Made by a program: the position numbers and the translations under genes
In this document: piece after piece, positions 26,222 through 40,711 of the stretch
Layout: every line of letters begins with the position of its first letter
Numbering within the stretch: position 1 is the stretch's first letter
The notes under the pieces: generated by a model
Database searches by the model: none
What the model was told of the DNA's origin: nothing
The model's input: the letters and a program-made list of their open reading frames with translations, nothing else
Source: Malacoraja senta
Lineage: Eukaryota
Assembly (NCBI GenBank): GCA_038087875.1
Contig: CM075995.1
Coordinates: forward strand, 2,482,001-2,546,000
Direction of reading: 5' to 3'
Length of the DNA: 64,000 nt

Positions 26222-27118
26222 TGATGACACAAAGCTGGTTGGCAGTGTGAACTGTGAGGAGGATGCTATGAGAATGCAGGGTGACTTGGACAGGTTGGGT
26301 GAGTGGGCAGATGCATGGCAGATGAAGTTTAATGTGGAAAAATGTGAGGTTATCCACTTTGGTAGCAAAAACAGGAAGGCAGATTATTATCTAAATGGTT
26401 GGGAAAAGGGGAAGTACAACGGGATCTGGGGGTCCTTGTTCATCAGTCAATGAAAGGAAGCATGCAGGTACAGCAGGCAGTAAAGAAACTGAATGGCATG
26501 TTGGCCTTCATAACAAGAGGAGTTGAGTATAGGAGCAAAGAGGCCCTTCTGCAGTTGTGAGACCACACCTGGAGTATTGTGTGCAGTTTTGGTCCCCTAA
26601 TTTGAGGAAGGACATTCTTGCTATTGCGGGAGTGCATCGTAGGTTCACAAGGTTAATACCCGGGATGGCGGGACTGTCATATGCTGAGAGAGTGGAGCGG
26701 CTGGGCTTGTATACTCTGGAGTTTAGAAGGATGAGAGGGAATTTTATTGAAACATATAAGATTATAAAGGGTTTGGACATGCTAGAGACAGGAAACATGT
26801 TTCCGATGTTGGGAAAGTCCAGAACCAGGGGCCACAGTTTAAGAATAAGGGGTAAGCCATTTAGAACGGAGATGAGGAAATACTTTTTCACACAGAGAGT
26901 TGTGAGTCTGTGGAATTCTCTGCCTCAGAGGGCGGTGGAGGCTGGTTCTCTGGATAATTTCAAGAGAGAGCTAGAAAGGGCTCATAAAGATATGGGGAGA
27001 AGGGGATATGGGGAGAAGGCAGGAACGGGGTACTGATTGGGGATGATCAGCCATGATCACATTGAATGGCGGTGCTGGCTCAAAGGGCCGAATGGCCTAC
27101 TGAACCTATTGTCTATTG
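26222..27118 (+). mobile_element. CR1 LINE 3' fragment nested in a second-family CR1 3' end (~26155-27235)
   Basis: RT C-terminus plus 3'UTR; host tail resumes at ~27119 with gggccaaatgcaggcaagtgggac. Confidence 0.85.
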
Positions 27119-28429
27119 AGGGTTCTGGGCCAAATGCAGGCAAGTGGGACTAGTGCAGATGGGACATGTTGGTTGGTGTTGGCACGGTGGGCCGAAGGGC
27201 CTGTTTCTACACTGCATGACCCTACAATTCTATGACAAATGCTGAGAACTCTATTCTAGACTATCTTCCCCTTTGCTTTATCGTACTTGAGTTTGATTTG
27301 ATTGTATTTTTGTATAGTATTATCTGATCTGATAGATAGGATGCAGAACAAAGCTTTTCACTGTACACATAAACCATTGTACATAAGAAACCTAAACCCG
27401 ACTATGTGTAGACCAGCAACTGTGTTTGCTGGCATTATAATAATGAATTATTTCAAAGTACTTCATTTATTGTCGAGGTTTTTTAAGGACATCTCGAAAA
27501 GGATACGAAAGGAACCACATTGATTCAAGAATTAATTTATTTTTTCTTTAAACTCCCTTACCACCCTATCATCTGCACAAGGCTGAATTTCTCCTGTAAA
27601 TTCAACAAAATCTCTAACCTTGCAAAACCGGAACATCATTTGGTGGCTCACATGATTTCAGAAGCTACCTGGGTTTAGCTCTCATGGTAATAGCGTGTTT
27701 GAACCCCTTAGTGTGGCTGAAGCCTTTTTAATGTCTTTCATGTTGAGCTGTTATTCATAATTAATGCCTTTTACTGTCAGCTGGAAGTCAGAGCAGACTC
27801 GATGCACATAATGTGAAAGGCTGTATGAATTCAACCCATTTTCTGCTTCAGATTGATCAAAGCATCGTGCAACCTCCTCACTCATTCAAGTTTATACCAG
27901 AATGACGGTCAATTCAGATTCAGATTAGTTACTTCAAATTCCTCTTGTAGGAATATAGAAGACATATTTAATTTTTCATTCAAAAAATGTACATCCACGT
28001 CCATGTATTATTAAAAGGAGAATAAGTGGAAGGAATATCGGAAAATATGACAAACACAAACACAACATTTTATTTTTGCCTGGCCCTTTTCATCGTGAAA
28101 GATCAAAGAGAATTGCAACACAAGCTGCAATGGGTCTGGAAAACCAACACTGTAACCAAGTACATATTCTGACTGTGTGGTTTTTCATACTCTAAAGCTT
28201 TGGCCATTGCACACTATAATTAAAATATCACACTTTAAGCAAATGTTCAGAAATCGATGCAAAGTCATGACAATGACGGAGACTAGTTGCCACGGTGCCA
28301 CTCTGCTGTTCAGTACATTTTTAACTTCAGCATCCGTACGTGCAGAGCAGAAGGATAGAACGCACTGGAGATCAAACATAGAAAATAGGTGCAGGAGTAT
28401 GCCATTCGGCTCTTTGAACCAGCTCCCTT

Positions 28430-28698
28430 TGGCCCTCTGAGTCCTCGTCAACCAGCAACCGCCACACACTAACACTATCCTATACACACTAGGGACAAGT
28501 TACGATTTTATCGAAGCCAATTAACCTACAAACCTGTACGCCTTTGGAGTGTGGGAGGAAACCGGAGCACCCGGATAAAACCCACTCAGGTCACAGGGAG
28601 AACGTGCAAACCCTGTGCAGACAGCACCTGCGGTCAGGATCAAACCTGGGTCTCTGACGCTGTAAGGCAGCAACTCTATCGCTGTGCCACCGTGCCGC
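28430..28698 (-). mobile_element. HE1-like V-SINE
   Basis: Head and V-domain. Confidence 0.8.
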
Positions 28699-28811
28699 CG
28701 GTGGGGTCAGAACCTTTCTTCAGACAGAGGTTCTTAAACAGATCATTTACACCCTGAGGAATATTGCAATATGCAAATTATTAATTGAATGTTCCTGTCG
28801 GACAATAGCTC

Positions 28812-29150
28812 AAATGGACGTGGAGAGGATGTTTCCACTTGTGGGAGAGTCTAGTACTACAGGTCAAAGCCTCAGTATTAAAGAACGTTCCTTGAGGAAG
28901 GAGATGAGGAAGAATTTCTTTAGTCAGTGGGTGGTGAATCTGTGGAATTCTTTGCCACAGAAGGTTGTGGAGACCATGTCAATGGATATTTTTAAAGCAG
29001 AGATAGATTCTTGATTAGTACGGGTGTCAGGGGTTATGGGGAGAAGGCAGGAGAATGGGGTTAGGGGGGAGATAGATCAGCCGTGATTGAATGGTGATGT
29101 AGACTTGATGGGCCGAATGGCCTAATTCTGCTCCTATCACTTATGACCTT
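28812..29150 (+). mobile_element. CR1 3' fragment
   Basis: ERMFPLVGES..NFFSQWVVNLWNSLP plus 3'UTR. Confidence 0.8.
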
Positions 29151-31149
29151 AAGTAATGGCTTGGAGCACTCGAGACATATTAAGGATGCTGTGGTGAGTC
29201 AGAGCTTTATACATGAGTTTTGAACGAGAGGTTTATTCCTTCCTCGGGCACTGTTCCATGTTGCAGACTTTATCATGTTAAGAGTTAATTACAGGAAGGG
29301 TTAGAAGTAGATTAGTAAATTCATTATGATCAGGCCCCTCAATGACAGGGCTGTATCATCCCCTGTAGATGGAGGAAAGTACTTGCTCATCTTTCAACCT
29401 TTTAGAGAGACTGCAGCAGAGAAACAAAATACACGGCTCCCAGCACCTATTGGGCAGAAGCTACAGAAGCTTAAATGCACGTACCGCTAGATTCAGGAAC
29501 AGCTGCTTCCCCCTATGTTATGGAGTCGTAAGCTCAGAACTACATAGACGGGGGCATTATTTTTGTCTTTGCACTATTATTTGTATATATATATATACCA
29601 TTTTGGGTTGTTTATTAAGGGTTTACCAGTTGTGCTGTTGCAAGTAAGAATTTCAATGTTACGTTTTGGGATATATGACAATAAAACACTCTTGACTCTC
29701 ATAGAGTGATACAGTGTGGAAACAGGCCCTTTGGCCCAGCTTGCCCACACCAGCCAACATGTCCCATCAACACTCGTCCCACCTGCCTGTATTCGGCCCA
29801 TATCCTTTTAAACCTCTCCTATCCATGTACCTGCCTAAATGTTTCTTGAACGCTATGAGAGCGACGATGTTATCAGGTTTCTGAACGGTCCTTCCAGAAG
29901 CTGGGGTACTGCCCAATTTACCTGTAAACCATTGCGGACATTGGAATTTGTCAATGGAAATGAAGTGCTACAATGCTGGAAACTATATTCTGCACTCTAT
30001 CTTTCCCTCTGCTCTACCCATTGTTCTAGAGTTTAGCTTGATCATATTTATGTATGGTACCATCTAATTTTAATGGACAGCATGCAAAGCAAAGCTTTTC
30101 CTTCCACCACGGGGTACACATGACAATAATAATTTATCAAAACATAAACATAAACCGATGGACTATAGTCAGCACACATAGCTACTTTAAGTTTATGGAT
30201 ATTAAGTTTATTGGTACTTATGTTTCTGGAGTTTTAACGGTTAATTATGTTGATGAAAATGTCGAGAAGGTAATTTATTACAAATCAATTTTACAGGCAG
30301 AAAGATTCATTAGACCACTGCAGAAGACCTGTGTAACCATAATTCTCTCCTTTCACTGTTGAGTCACAGGTAAAATCCCTCGGATTCTTTAAAAAAAACA
30401 ATGTTGTGTAATTCCATCAACTAAAAATCAGAATAAGAAAACAAGGCAAATCAATTTGCAATCAGTCAGGAAGAAAACTGCATGCAGATCAATATAATTT
30501 AAGGTGAAGAGGAAAAGATTTAATAGGAATCTGAGGAGCCATTCACAGTGTACAGATACATGATAAAGGGAATAACGTGAAAAAGGTTTAGTGCAAGACA
30601 GTCCAGTAAAGTCCGATTAAAGATAGACCGTGGGTCTCCAATGAGGTAGATAGTAGTTCAGGACTGCTCTCTAGTTGTTGGTAGGATGGTTGAGTTGCCT
30701 GATAGCAGGCTTATAATTAGTCTGTCAAGAGCATGGTCAGACTCAGTAAATGGAACCAGATTTGAGAAGCGCAGAACAACTATCACTCACTTTAATGTTG
30801 TGCGCTTAATGAATGCAAATGAAGACAATTTTCTGCTCCAAGATCTTTAGCAGCAGCCGTTTATCTGCATTGCCAGCTTTAGCATCCTAACAGGCTCATC
30901 GAAGCCCAAAATCAGCGGAAGATGGCGACATTCATATTACTAAGGACCAACTTTTGTGCAATCACTGCTTTTGTTTTTAAACTAAAATTGTTCAAATGTA
31001 TTCACATAGACTATATCCAGGAGTGATCCAGGACTCAAGGACCTGAGCTACACAGAGAGGTTGGGCAGGCTAAGACTGGAGTGCAGGAGGCTGAATGGGT
31101 GATCTTGTAGAGATGTATAAGATGATGGCGGGAATAGGTCAAAGGTATT

Positions 31150-31950
31150 TTATTTGTCACATTCACATACACCCAGGTGTAGTGAAGTGAAATGCTTCTT
31201 GCCATTTTGCAGCACACAAAAAAAAGAGAATAGACATAACACCAATAAGAGTCTTAAACACAAAAAACATCCCCCCACAATGGCTCCCACCATGAGGGAA
31301 GGCACAAAGTCCAGTCCCCAACCCCAGTTCACCCATAGTCGGGCCCATTGAGGCCTCCACAGTTGCCTCTACGGAGGCCCGATGTTCCAGGCCGTTCTCG
31401 CCGGGTGATGTTGCTCCGGCGTCGGGAGAGTCCTCCCAGCGGCCTGGGAACCCTGGAACGGCCGCTTCCGCACTGGAGGCCGCGGCTTCAACTGGCGATC
31501 TCATCTAGAGATCCCAGGCTCCCGGTGTAAAGTTCAGCGCCGCCGCCCGCAGCTGGTCGCTCCACAGTCCCGCAGCTCCGCGATGTTTTCCCCAGCGATC
31601 CTCAGCTCATCGGAGCTCCAGCGCGGCGACCTGGGCAAGGCATCGCCCGCTCCGCGACAGCGCTCCAGCGCTGTGCCGCTGCCGAAGCCGAGGTTCTGGG
31701 CGATCCCCGACAGGAAACGCCGCTCCAGGCCCGCTGGTAGGCCGCGAGGACGGGTCGAAGCTGCAGCCCGGAGAAAAGCTGCCTCTCCGACCAGGTAGGG
31801 ACCCTGAAAGGTAGTTTCCCCCTTCCCCCCCCCCCCACATAAAAAAGTCTAGACCTCCAAACAAAACACTTAACTAACTAAAATAAAAAATAAAAAGATG
31901 AAGAGACAGGCAGCTGCTGGCTGGGCAGCCATGCACAGGACAGCGCCCCC
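31150..31950 (-). mobile_element. GC-rich Rex-tailed non-autonomous element, longest copy, inserted in a CR1 fragment (~31015-32240)
   Basis: 5' gggggcgctgtcc..atggctgccc start; CpG-rich body; 3' gaatgtgacaaataaaa. Confidence 0.65.
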
Positions 31951-32584
31951 ACATCATGAATAGATGGGGTGAATGTACAGAATCTTTTACCCAGAGTAGG
32001 GGAATCAAGAACAAGCGAACAAAGATTTAAGGTGAAAGGGAAAAGATTTAATGGGAACCAGGGGGGGGGGGGGTTTCACTCAGAGGGTGGTGGGTATATG
32101 GAAAGCGCTGCCAGAGGAGATAGTTAAGCTAGTACTATAACAGCATTTAAAAGACACTTGGACAGGTACATGGATAGGAAAGATTTGGAAGGATATGGGG
32201 ATAACTGGGCTAACTTATGTGGCATCTTAGTCGGCATGGACAAGTTGAGCTAAAGTCAAGATGGGCCAAGTCAGCGATATTTTTCAGGCGGATATTTTTA
32301 AGGCGGAGATTGACGGATTCTTGATTAGTAATGATGTCAGGGGTTATGGAGAGAAGGCAGGAGAATTTGGTTGAAGGGGAAAGATAGATCGGCCATGTTT
32401 AAATGGCGGAGTAGACTTGATGGGCTGAATGGTCTAATTCTGCACCTATAATGTATGAACTTATGAAGGGCCAGCTTTCATGATGTATAACTCTTTGAAT
32501 ATGATGAAATTCAGCATGCTCAGCAAGCCATACCCTGCTGCATTAATTCAGCTGTAAAGTTCCTGGTAACACACACACTTGCAG

Positions 32585-32881
32585 GGAGGCATGGTGGCGA
32601 GGCGGTAGAGCTGCTGCCTTACAGCACCGGAGACCCGGGCTCCACTCTGACTATGGGTGCTATCTGTACGGAGCTTGTAACTTCTTCCCGTGACCTACGT
32701 GGGGTTTTCTCCGGAATCTCTGTATTCCTCTCACAGTCCAAAGTCGTGCAGGTTGGTAGATTAATTGGCTTAGGTAAAAATGTAAAATGTCCCTAGTGTG
32801 TGTAGGATAGTGTTTCAGTGTGCAGGGATCGCTGGTCGGCGCGGGCCTGTTTCCGTGCTACATCTCTAAACTAAACTAAAC
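32585..32881 (+). mobile_element. HE1-like V-SINE
   Basis: Head, V-domain, (CTAAA)n. Confidence 0.8.
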
Positions 32882-34647
32882 AGAAACCTGCGTGCCTCTA
32901 GTGGAACTGAGAAAATTAAAACCACAGTTTTCAATGATTGATGTCTAAATGACTACGTGAAGCATGGGAGCATCTCATACAGTACTCGTTTCACAAAGTT
33001 TCTATACCTTGCCCCACTGGTTTGAATTATTCCTCCCTCTGAGGGCAGGGATTCAAGGCTTGGTTCCAAACAGATTTACACTCACACACATTCATACTGG
33101 TAAGAAACGACTGAAATAAATTTAGTGTAGTATTATGTAATACAGTAATTCATATTAAGCAATACCAATGGCAAAACAATCCAGTAGTGAGTTAGAGCGT
33201 GTGTGATATACATTGCATATAAACAGCTGGAATGAAATTCTGCAACATGTCTGAAATTACTAAATCAAAGCTGATTTTTATTTTTCTAAATTAATACCAT
33301 CTTGGGAACCATAAAGCATATCGGGATTCTGTAAGTGATACGGCTCCAAATGCTACTGTGGTGCAGTGTTGTGGGTCGGAACACCGTTCTGAAGTAGCAG
33401 CAAGCTGAAAGGAGATCACGGGCAAACAGCAGCCATCCTCGGTAATTCAAAGTAATGCAAAAGTCATTTGGGCTCTTGGGAGTCTGCAGAAACTGATGTA
33501 GTAGGCAGGCAATAGAGACAGCCATGTAATTGCCAGCTTGAAATATCCTTCTTTAAATATCTATCACCATTATTTCTATAAATAAATCAAAAATCACCTG
33601 AGGGTGCACTAAAAAACCCCCAAATAATAAATAATCAATCTCATCTATATTCTACATGGAGGCTTTTTGGGAGCATAATTCACACACGGGTGGCCAATTT
33701 GCTGCAACTAATAAGTAAATTATATCTTGATTAATCCAGAATAAGTAAGTTTGAAAAAAACCCCCACAGGAACAGGCCCTTCGTCCTATGATGAAAGTGA
33801 TCTATTTCCTCACACATCCAGTTTAGCTTATGGTCACGCGAGATACCGAGATACAGTGAAAAACTTTTGTTGCGTGCAAACCAGTCAGCAGAAAGTCCAA
33901 AGAGATGTGGGTTGATAGGTTAACTGGCCACTGTATAGATAGATATAAAGAGATACAGTATGAAAATAGGTCCTTTTGCCATCACGCTGAACATAAAGCA
34001 TCTATTTACGCTAATTCTACATTAACCTAATTTAACTTTAGTGTTTTCAATTGCCACCTCCCAGAAACATCACCTTTTCCTTTTCTCCAGATATGCTGAC
34101 TGGAGAAAGTCAGTCCTACTTTCCTAGGACTGAGGGACCTACTACAGATTTTTGCTGACCTAGTCCAGATTTAGGTCAGGAATCTCCAGATTTTTGTGTC
34201 TATCTTCAGTTTAAACCAGCATCAGCAGTTCCTTCCTCCACAGTACACAGTGTCACCAGTTTGGCACCATTTTCAAGTCCCAGTTGTTGTAACTTCAGGG
34301 ATCTTGACCTGACCATGAAGGTCACTTGTTCATATCATAATCACTTACAAGCAGACATCATGTAAAAATATGTCAAGCATCAGACTCAACTAGTAATTAA
34401 CGTTTGAACAATCTATCTACAGTCTATCTTCGGTTGAATCGAGCATCTGCCGTTCCTTCCCACACATCTCTATCTCTAAGACGGGCAAAGGCATCAGGTG
34501 GGTTGGAATATCTGCAGGCTCCTTGCCCACTACCTGCACTCATTCAACAATCACCCTTGCTCTTGTTCACCCATCAAGTTTAAATAGACACACACACTAT
34601 CATAACTTGGAAATATCCTGCCACTCAATCACTGTCACTGCGTCTAA

Positions 34648-34977
34648 AGGGCCTGTCCCACTATACGAGGTAATTCAAGAGTTCTCCCGAGTTTTCCCGA
34701 TTCGAACTCGGAGAATGTCCGTAGCGGGTCCGTAGGAGTTCGTGGATGTCTCGTAGCGGCTCGTACGAGTAAAAGGTAACACTTTTTTTCATCACGAGTA
34801 TTTTTTTACTCGTGGACATTTTTCAGTGTTGAAAAAACGTCACGAGTTTACCGGATTTCCCGAGTACCTACCGTAACTCGTACGAGTACCTACTCGTAAC
34901 TCGGACATTCTCCAAGTTCGAATCAGGGGAAAACTCAGGAGAACTCTTGAATTACCTCGTACAGTGGGACAGGCCCT
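34648..34977. mobile_element. PIF/Harbinger-like MITE, subfamily D
   Basis: ~70-bp imperfect TIR AGGGCCTGTCCCACT(A/G)TACGAGGTAATTCAAGAGTTCTCC..; TAA TSD at 34645-34647 and 34978-34980. Confidence 0.88.
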
Positions 34978-35140
34978 TAAATCTGGGGACTCAATACCCA
35001 CTAACACTGTGTAAGCACCGTAACGGCTCACCGCCACCTTCTCAATGGGATGTACAGCTGGGTAAGAGATGCTTCATTCACCTTTGACAGCCACTTCCAA
35101 AATGTTACACAGAGAGAATGTTACACAAATGTTACACAGA

Positions 35141-35385
35141 TTTTTCACACAGAGAGTGGTGAATCTCTGGAACTCTCTGCCACAGAGGGTAGTCGAGGCC
35201 AGTTCATTGGCTATGTTTAAGAGTGTGGCCCTTGTGGCTAAAGGGATCAGAGGGTATGGAGAGAAGGCAGGTACGGGATACTGAGTTGGATGATCAGCCA
35301 TGATCATATTGAATGGCGGTGCAGGCTCGAAGGGCCGAATGGCCTACTCCTGCACCTAATTTTGTATGTTTCTCTGTTTCTATGT
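35141..35385 (+). mobile_element. CR1 3' end
   Basis: FFTQRVVNLWNSLP..GYGEKAGTGY plus 3'UTR. Confidence 0.85.
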
Positions 35386-35461
35386 TAAAAATTAAAAAAA
35401 CATTTAAAAAGATGCTGACAGATAGTATCAGTGACTAATTGAAACGTTCCCACTCTTTTTG

Positions 35462-35665
35462 TGTAGGAAGGAGCTGCAGATGCTGGTTTGAACTGAAGAT
35501 AGACACTGAAAACTGGAGTAACTCAGCGGGACAGGCAGCATCTGGAGAGAAGGAATGGGTGACGTTTCAGGTCGAGACCCTTCTTTCTCGACCCGAAACG
35601 TCACCCATTCCTTCTCTCCGGAGATGCTGCCTGTCCCGCTGAGTTACTCCAGCATTCTATGTCTA
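35462..35665. mobile_element. Fold-back Penelope mini-element
   Basis: ctggagtaactcagcgggacaggcagcatct.. / ..agatgctgcctgtcccgctgagttactccag. Confidence 0.8.
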
Positions 35666-36507
35666 TTCCCACTCTTTTTATTCTCCCTGTAGCAGTACTG
35701 ATAACTGGGTCCCTATCACATCGAGGACCCGCGTCGCGGACTGAGAACCTGCCCGGAAGGCCTGGCGCTCCCGCCCAGAGTGGACAGAGCGTGGTAAGCA
35801 GACCAGCTATGGGACGGAGCGTGGTGCCTCGATGGTGCAGTGGGCTGTTGCAGCAGCAGCCTGGGGCTCGGCTGGACCGGGCGCCGCTCCAAGAGGCCGA
35901 GCATGTGGACCGCACGTGGCCTACAGCGGCGGAGCGGCAGCGGACGACACCCCCCCCCCCCCAAGGACTACGCTTGGCTAGGCCGACCCTGCATTGCCAC
36001 CAGGACAATGTGCCTTCATGGTCAGATCAAGATCCCTGCACTTACAACAACTGGGACTTGAAAATGGCACCAAATTGGTGAATCTGTACACTGATTCACT
36101 GCTATACACTTGTACCGTATCTGAGATGCTTATCTAAGATGTATCCAAGTGCTTATGTCCCGTGGTACTTGTACTGATCTGTAAATAAAAATGAATTTCA
36201 CTGTACCTCGGTACATGTGACAAATAATGTATCACGGACACATTGAATACCATTGAACCGTTCTTACGAGAGATCAATTCAAATTGCTGGAATCTGAAGC
36301 CCTCCTTGCTATATCACTTCCATGGTGCCAGGTTAACAGTCTCATTCCCCCCCCCCCCCCCCAATCTCAGCCATTATAGGGATGCTTTAAATGGTTTTGC
36401 ATGTACATTACATGGAATAGCAGCAATTGTTTTTTTTTCATTTTCAGTTTAATTCTGATATCGATATTGAGGACATTTCATTCCAGATATTGAGGAAAGT
36501 GTGCGCA

Positions 36508-36945
36508 CATAGAGTCATAGAGTGATACAGTGTGGAAACAGGTCCTTCAGCCCAACTCGCTTACACTGGCCAACAATGTCCCAGCTACCCTAGTCCCACT
36601 TGCCTGCGCTTGGTCCATATCCCTCCAAATCTGTCCTATCCATGTACCTGTCTAACTGCTTCTTAAACAATGGGATAGTCCCAGCCTCAACTACCTCCTC
36701 TGGCAGCTTGTTCCATACACCCACCACCCCTTTGTGTGAAAAAGTTACCCCTCGGATTCCTATTAAATCTTTTCCCCTTCACCTTGAACCTATGTCCTCT
36801 GGTCCTCGATTCCCCTACTCTGGGCAACAGATTCTGTGCATCTACCCAATCTATTCCTCTCATGATTTTGTATACCTCTATAAGATCACTCCTCATCCTC
36901 CTGGGCTCCATGGAATAGAGACCCAGCCTACTCAACCTCCCTCTT
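36508..36945 (-). mobile_element. CR1 3' fragment (second family)
   Basis: LGLYSME.RRMRSDLIEVYKIM..RGHRFKV. Confidence 0.8.
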
Positions 36946-37640
36946 GCCCACACCCTCTAGTCCAGGCACAGTTGGCTGCATTAAAAATAGACTTGCATTG
37001 TCCAAGCATAAATCATTGCTGGTGGTATTTTAAAATAATATTCCATGGATGTTCGAAGGCAGTGATAAATTTAGAAAGAAAGCCAAACAATACGCTATTT
37101 TTACTTATAACACAGGAATCTTTTAAATTGATACATACATAGCACCCTTTCTGAATGCAGAGATTAGGAAGCAGGCTTGGTGCAGGGAAGAAGAGGAGGA
37201 TTTGCTTCAGTTGAAGTGGTGGAAAGTTTTTTTTACAGTTAATCTGTGTCGACCTGCAATCAGGGTAGAGGCTCCAAAACTAGTTTCAGAGAGTCAAGAG
37301 TGTTTTATTGTCATATGTCCCAGACAGAACAATGAAATTCTTACTTGTAGCAGCACAACAGAATATATAAACATTGTACTCTGTAAATAATACAATAAAC
37401 AAGGAAAAAAATTCACACACACACATACATATAAAAACAAATAAACAATAAGAGTGCAAAGACAAAACCACTGTGTAGTTCAGAGCTTATTTGGAGGTTG
37501 TAGTGTTTGATAGCCTGATGGCTGTTGGAAACCTAGATGTGTTGGAAGGAACTGTAGATGCTGGTTAACACCGAAGATAGAGACAAAATGCTGGAGTAAC
37601 TCAGCGGGACAGGCAGCATCTCTGGATAGAAGGAATGGGT

Positions 37641-37668
37641 GACGTTTCGGGTCGAGACCCTTCTTCAG
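37641..37668 (-). ncRNA. Minimal hammerhead ribozyme core in a Penelope end, on the CDKAL1-sense strand
   Basis: Reverse complement is CTGAAGAAGGGTCTCGACCCGAAACGTC; stem I is poorly supported in this copy. Confidence 0.45.
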
Positions 37669-39233
37669 AATCTGAAGGGTTTTGGCTGAGAACCTGGATG
37701 TTACAGTTTTCAGGCTCAGTTTAGATTATTGTCAAGAAGGAACTGCAGATGCTGGAAAATCGAAGGTAGACAAAATTGCTGGAGAAACTCAGCGGGTGCG
37801 GCAGCATCTATGGAGCGAAGGAAATAGGCAACGTTTCGGGCCGAAACCCTTCTTAGATTATTGTCACATGTACTGTGGCACAGTGAAAAGCTTTTTGCTG
37901 CGTCCTATCCAGTCAGCGGAAAGACTATACAATCGAGCCGTCAACAGTGTACAGATACAGATAAAGGGAATAACATGTGCAAGATAAAGTATAGTAAAGT
38001 CGTTAAAGATAGTCCGAGGATCACCAATGAGGTAGATGGAAGCTCAGGACTGTTCTCTAGTTGTCGATAGGATGGTTCAGTTGCCTGATGACAGCTGGGA
38101 AGAAAATGTCCCTGAATTTGGAGGTGTGCGTTTTCACACTTCTGTATCTCTTGCCCGATGGGAGATGGGAGAGGGGAGAAGAAGGAGTGACCGGGGTAAG
38201 ATTCATCCTTGATTAATCATTTCAAACTATTCACTTCAAATTTACAGGTATATATTAAGATAGGGATTTAGTAAATTGGATTTAATTTTACTTCAAACAG
38301 AAAAAAAATGTGTACTTATGAAAGTTTGTTGCAGATCAAATTGACTTTCCATTGGATTATTATTTCAGAATGAGGAGAACTGAAAATCTGCTCAAATAAG
38401 TTCCCAAATGGGAAAATGAATTTAATTCCCAAAAAACCTTGAACTTTACAAAGTCATAATGTGCAAACATCAACGTAAATGTCAAAAAGAAATGAACCGT
38501 TCGTGTTCAATATATAGCATTTATACAGGGCTTGGAAGTATAAGCTGGTTTAATTTCAAACCCTTCACAAACAAGTGAAAGCACTGTGTGGGAGGCGAAA
38601 GGGATTGTGCAAATGTAAAGAACTTCATTGCCTTACAGCCTTTCCTCGTATTTGTGTCAATTATTAGACCGTGGAGAGACTCGATATCTTTTCACCTCAA
38701 AACTAACTTAGCTCGGAATTTTGTGATACGGACAGAAAAAGGCAGCTGGAAACGAATCATAAATGATGCACCAGGACATCATCAATGGTAACTCTCAAAG
38801 TGCAAGTGACAATGTTTCTGAGGAATACTGAAATAGCCAGAAGGTACACTTCCAAATCGTACTGCTCCAAAATGGGTGATATAACGTTTGGAGTTGCGCA
38901 ACGCTGTCTTGTAACTCACTGCAGTACATTGTTCTCGGTAGAAAACAACCTTTTCGTCTGAAAATTTTATAGCCCGAGAGACCAATTTGAATAAAAATAA
39001 TGGCAATGTAATTGCCCTAATAAATTTCCATGGGCAGCAAATGCTCTTAAATGACTCCAAACATGCATCCATGGTTGAACATCAGGTATTAATCACAGGC
39101 CCTTGTCAAGAAACATAAAATCTCACCGCTTGATACTGTAAATAAATTCCAGGTTTGTTCAAAAGAACAATAGCAATTCTGCATCTTGAAGCGAACACAG
39201 TGATTAATCAGAAGATTAAACTTCAACATTGCC

Positions 39234-39545
39234 TGGCGGCACGGTGGCGCAGCGGTAGAGTTGCTGTCTTACAGCACCAGAGGCCCGGCTCCGATCCCGA
39301 CTACGGGTGCTGTCTGAATGGAGTTTGTACGTTCTCCCCATGACCTGCGTGGGGTTTCTCCGGGTGATCCGGTTTCCTCCAACACTCCAAAGACGTACAG
39401 GTTTTCAGGTTTATTGGATTTGGTAAAAACTGTAAATTGTCCCCAGCATGTAGGATAGTGTTAGTGTACGAGGTGATCACAGGTCGTTGCGGACTCTGTG
39501 GGTTGAAGGGCCTGTTTCCCCGCTGTATCTCTAATGTCTAAAGAT
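39234..39545 (+). mobile_element. HE1-like V-SINE
   Basis: Full length. Confidence 0.85.
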
Positions 39546-39667
39546 CCAAAGCTTTAACCTAAAAGTTAGCCAGGAAAGCTGAACAAGTGCCAAATTCCAT
39601 CCAGCTGGTGGGTCTTTGGCACTGTGGGGAGGTTTAATGTTCCTACAACTTGAGAAAACAACCTGCT

Positions 39668-39968
39668 AGTTTAGTTTAGTTTAGAAATACAGCATGGAAA
39701 CAGGCTTTTCAGCCTACCGAGTCCACTCCGACAAACCCCACCCCATACACTAGTTCTATCTTTCACATTAGGGACAATTTACAGAAGCCAATTAATCTAC
39801 AAACCTGTATGTCTTTGGAATGTGGGAGGAAACCGGAGCACTCGGAGGAAACCAATGCGGTCACGGGGAAAACGTACAAACTCCATCCAGACAGCACCCA
39901 TAATAAGAATCGAACCTGTGTCTGGTGCTGTAAGGCAACAACTCTACCGCTGTGCCACCGTGCCACCC
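39668..39968 (-). mobile_element. HE1-like V-SINE
   Basis: Full length; inverted relative to the previous copy. Confidence 0.85.
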
Positions 39969-40711
39969 AAATGTAATGCTGCTGAACAAACATTAAACCT
40001 CATCGACCCAAAGTGGGACGGGTTCATGTTTGTACGGATAAAGTTGGAACCCCACTTGGTTGCATTTCCTTTCATCCATAAGATTTTGGACAACTGTCTT
40101 CTGTAGAGTTAATGTTAATACGTTGTAGAAGCAGAATTAGGCCATTCGGCCCATCTAGTCTACTCTGCCATTCAATCATGGCTGATCTATCTTTCCCTCG
40201 TAACCCCCGGACGCCCTTACTAATCAAAAATCTATGCTCTAAAAATATCCACTGACTTGGCCTCCACAACCATCTGTGGCAATGAATTCCACAGATTCAC
40301 CATGGACGTGGAGAGATATAGAATCAGAGTCTGAGTCATAGAGTTGTCGAGCACCGAAATGGGCCATTCGACCCACCACGTCCACACCAATCTTTTTGCC
40401 TGCCTATACTAATCCCATCAACCAGCTGCGCCACTGTTTTACACTGAGAGACAAATGATCTGTAAACTACACAAATCAAACACAATGATAAAATGCGAGA
40501 ACACTTCTGGGATCAAAATGTTTAACTGAAGATAAAAGCTTTTACAAGATGTGGGATACAGCAGTTTTTGGGGATTTGTGAAACGACTACCGTTGCAATA
40601 AATTTCTCAGAGTTCTGTTGTGCTGCAGTAAACAGATAATCTGTCACTTTGTGCCTACATTCAAAAACCATGACTGTTTTGCATCTGTCTCAGCAAGTGA
40701 TGTTTTCCACA

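Noticed and set aside
33286..33525. 79-aa ORF in unique sequence (also 12624-12929, 23255-23483, 38782-39072)
   Set aside because: No recognisable homology or convincing splice context
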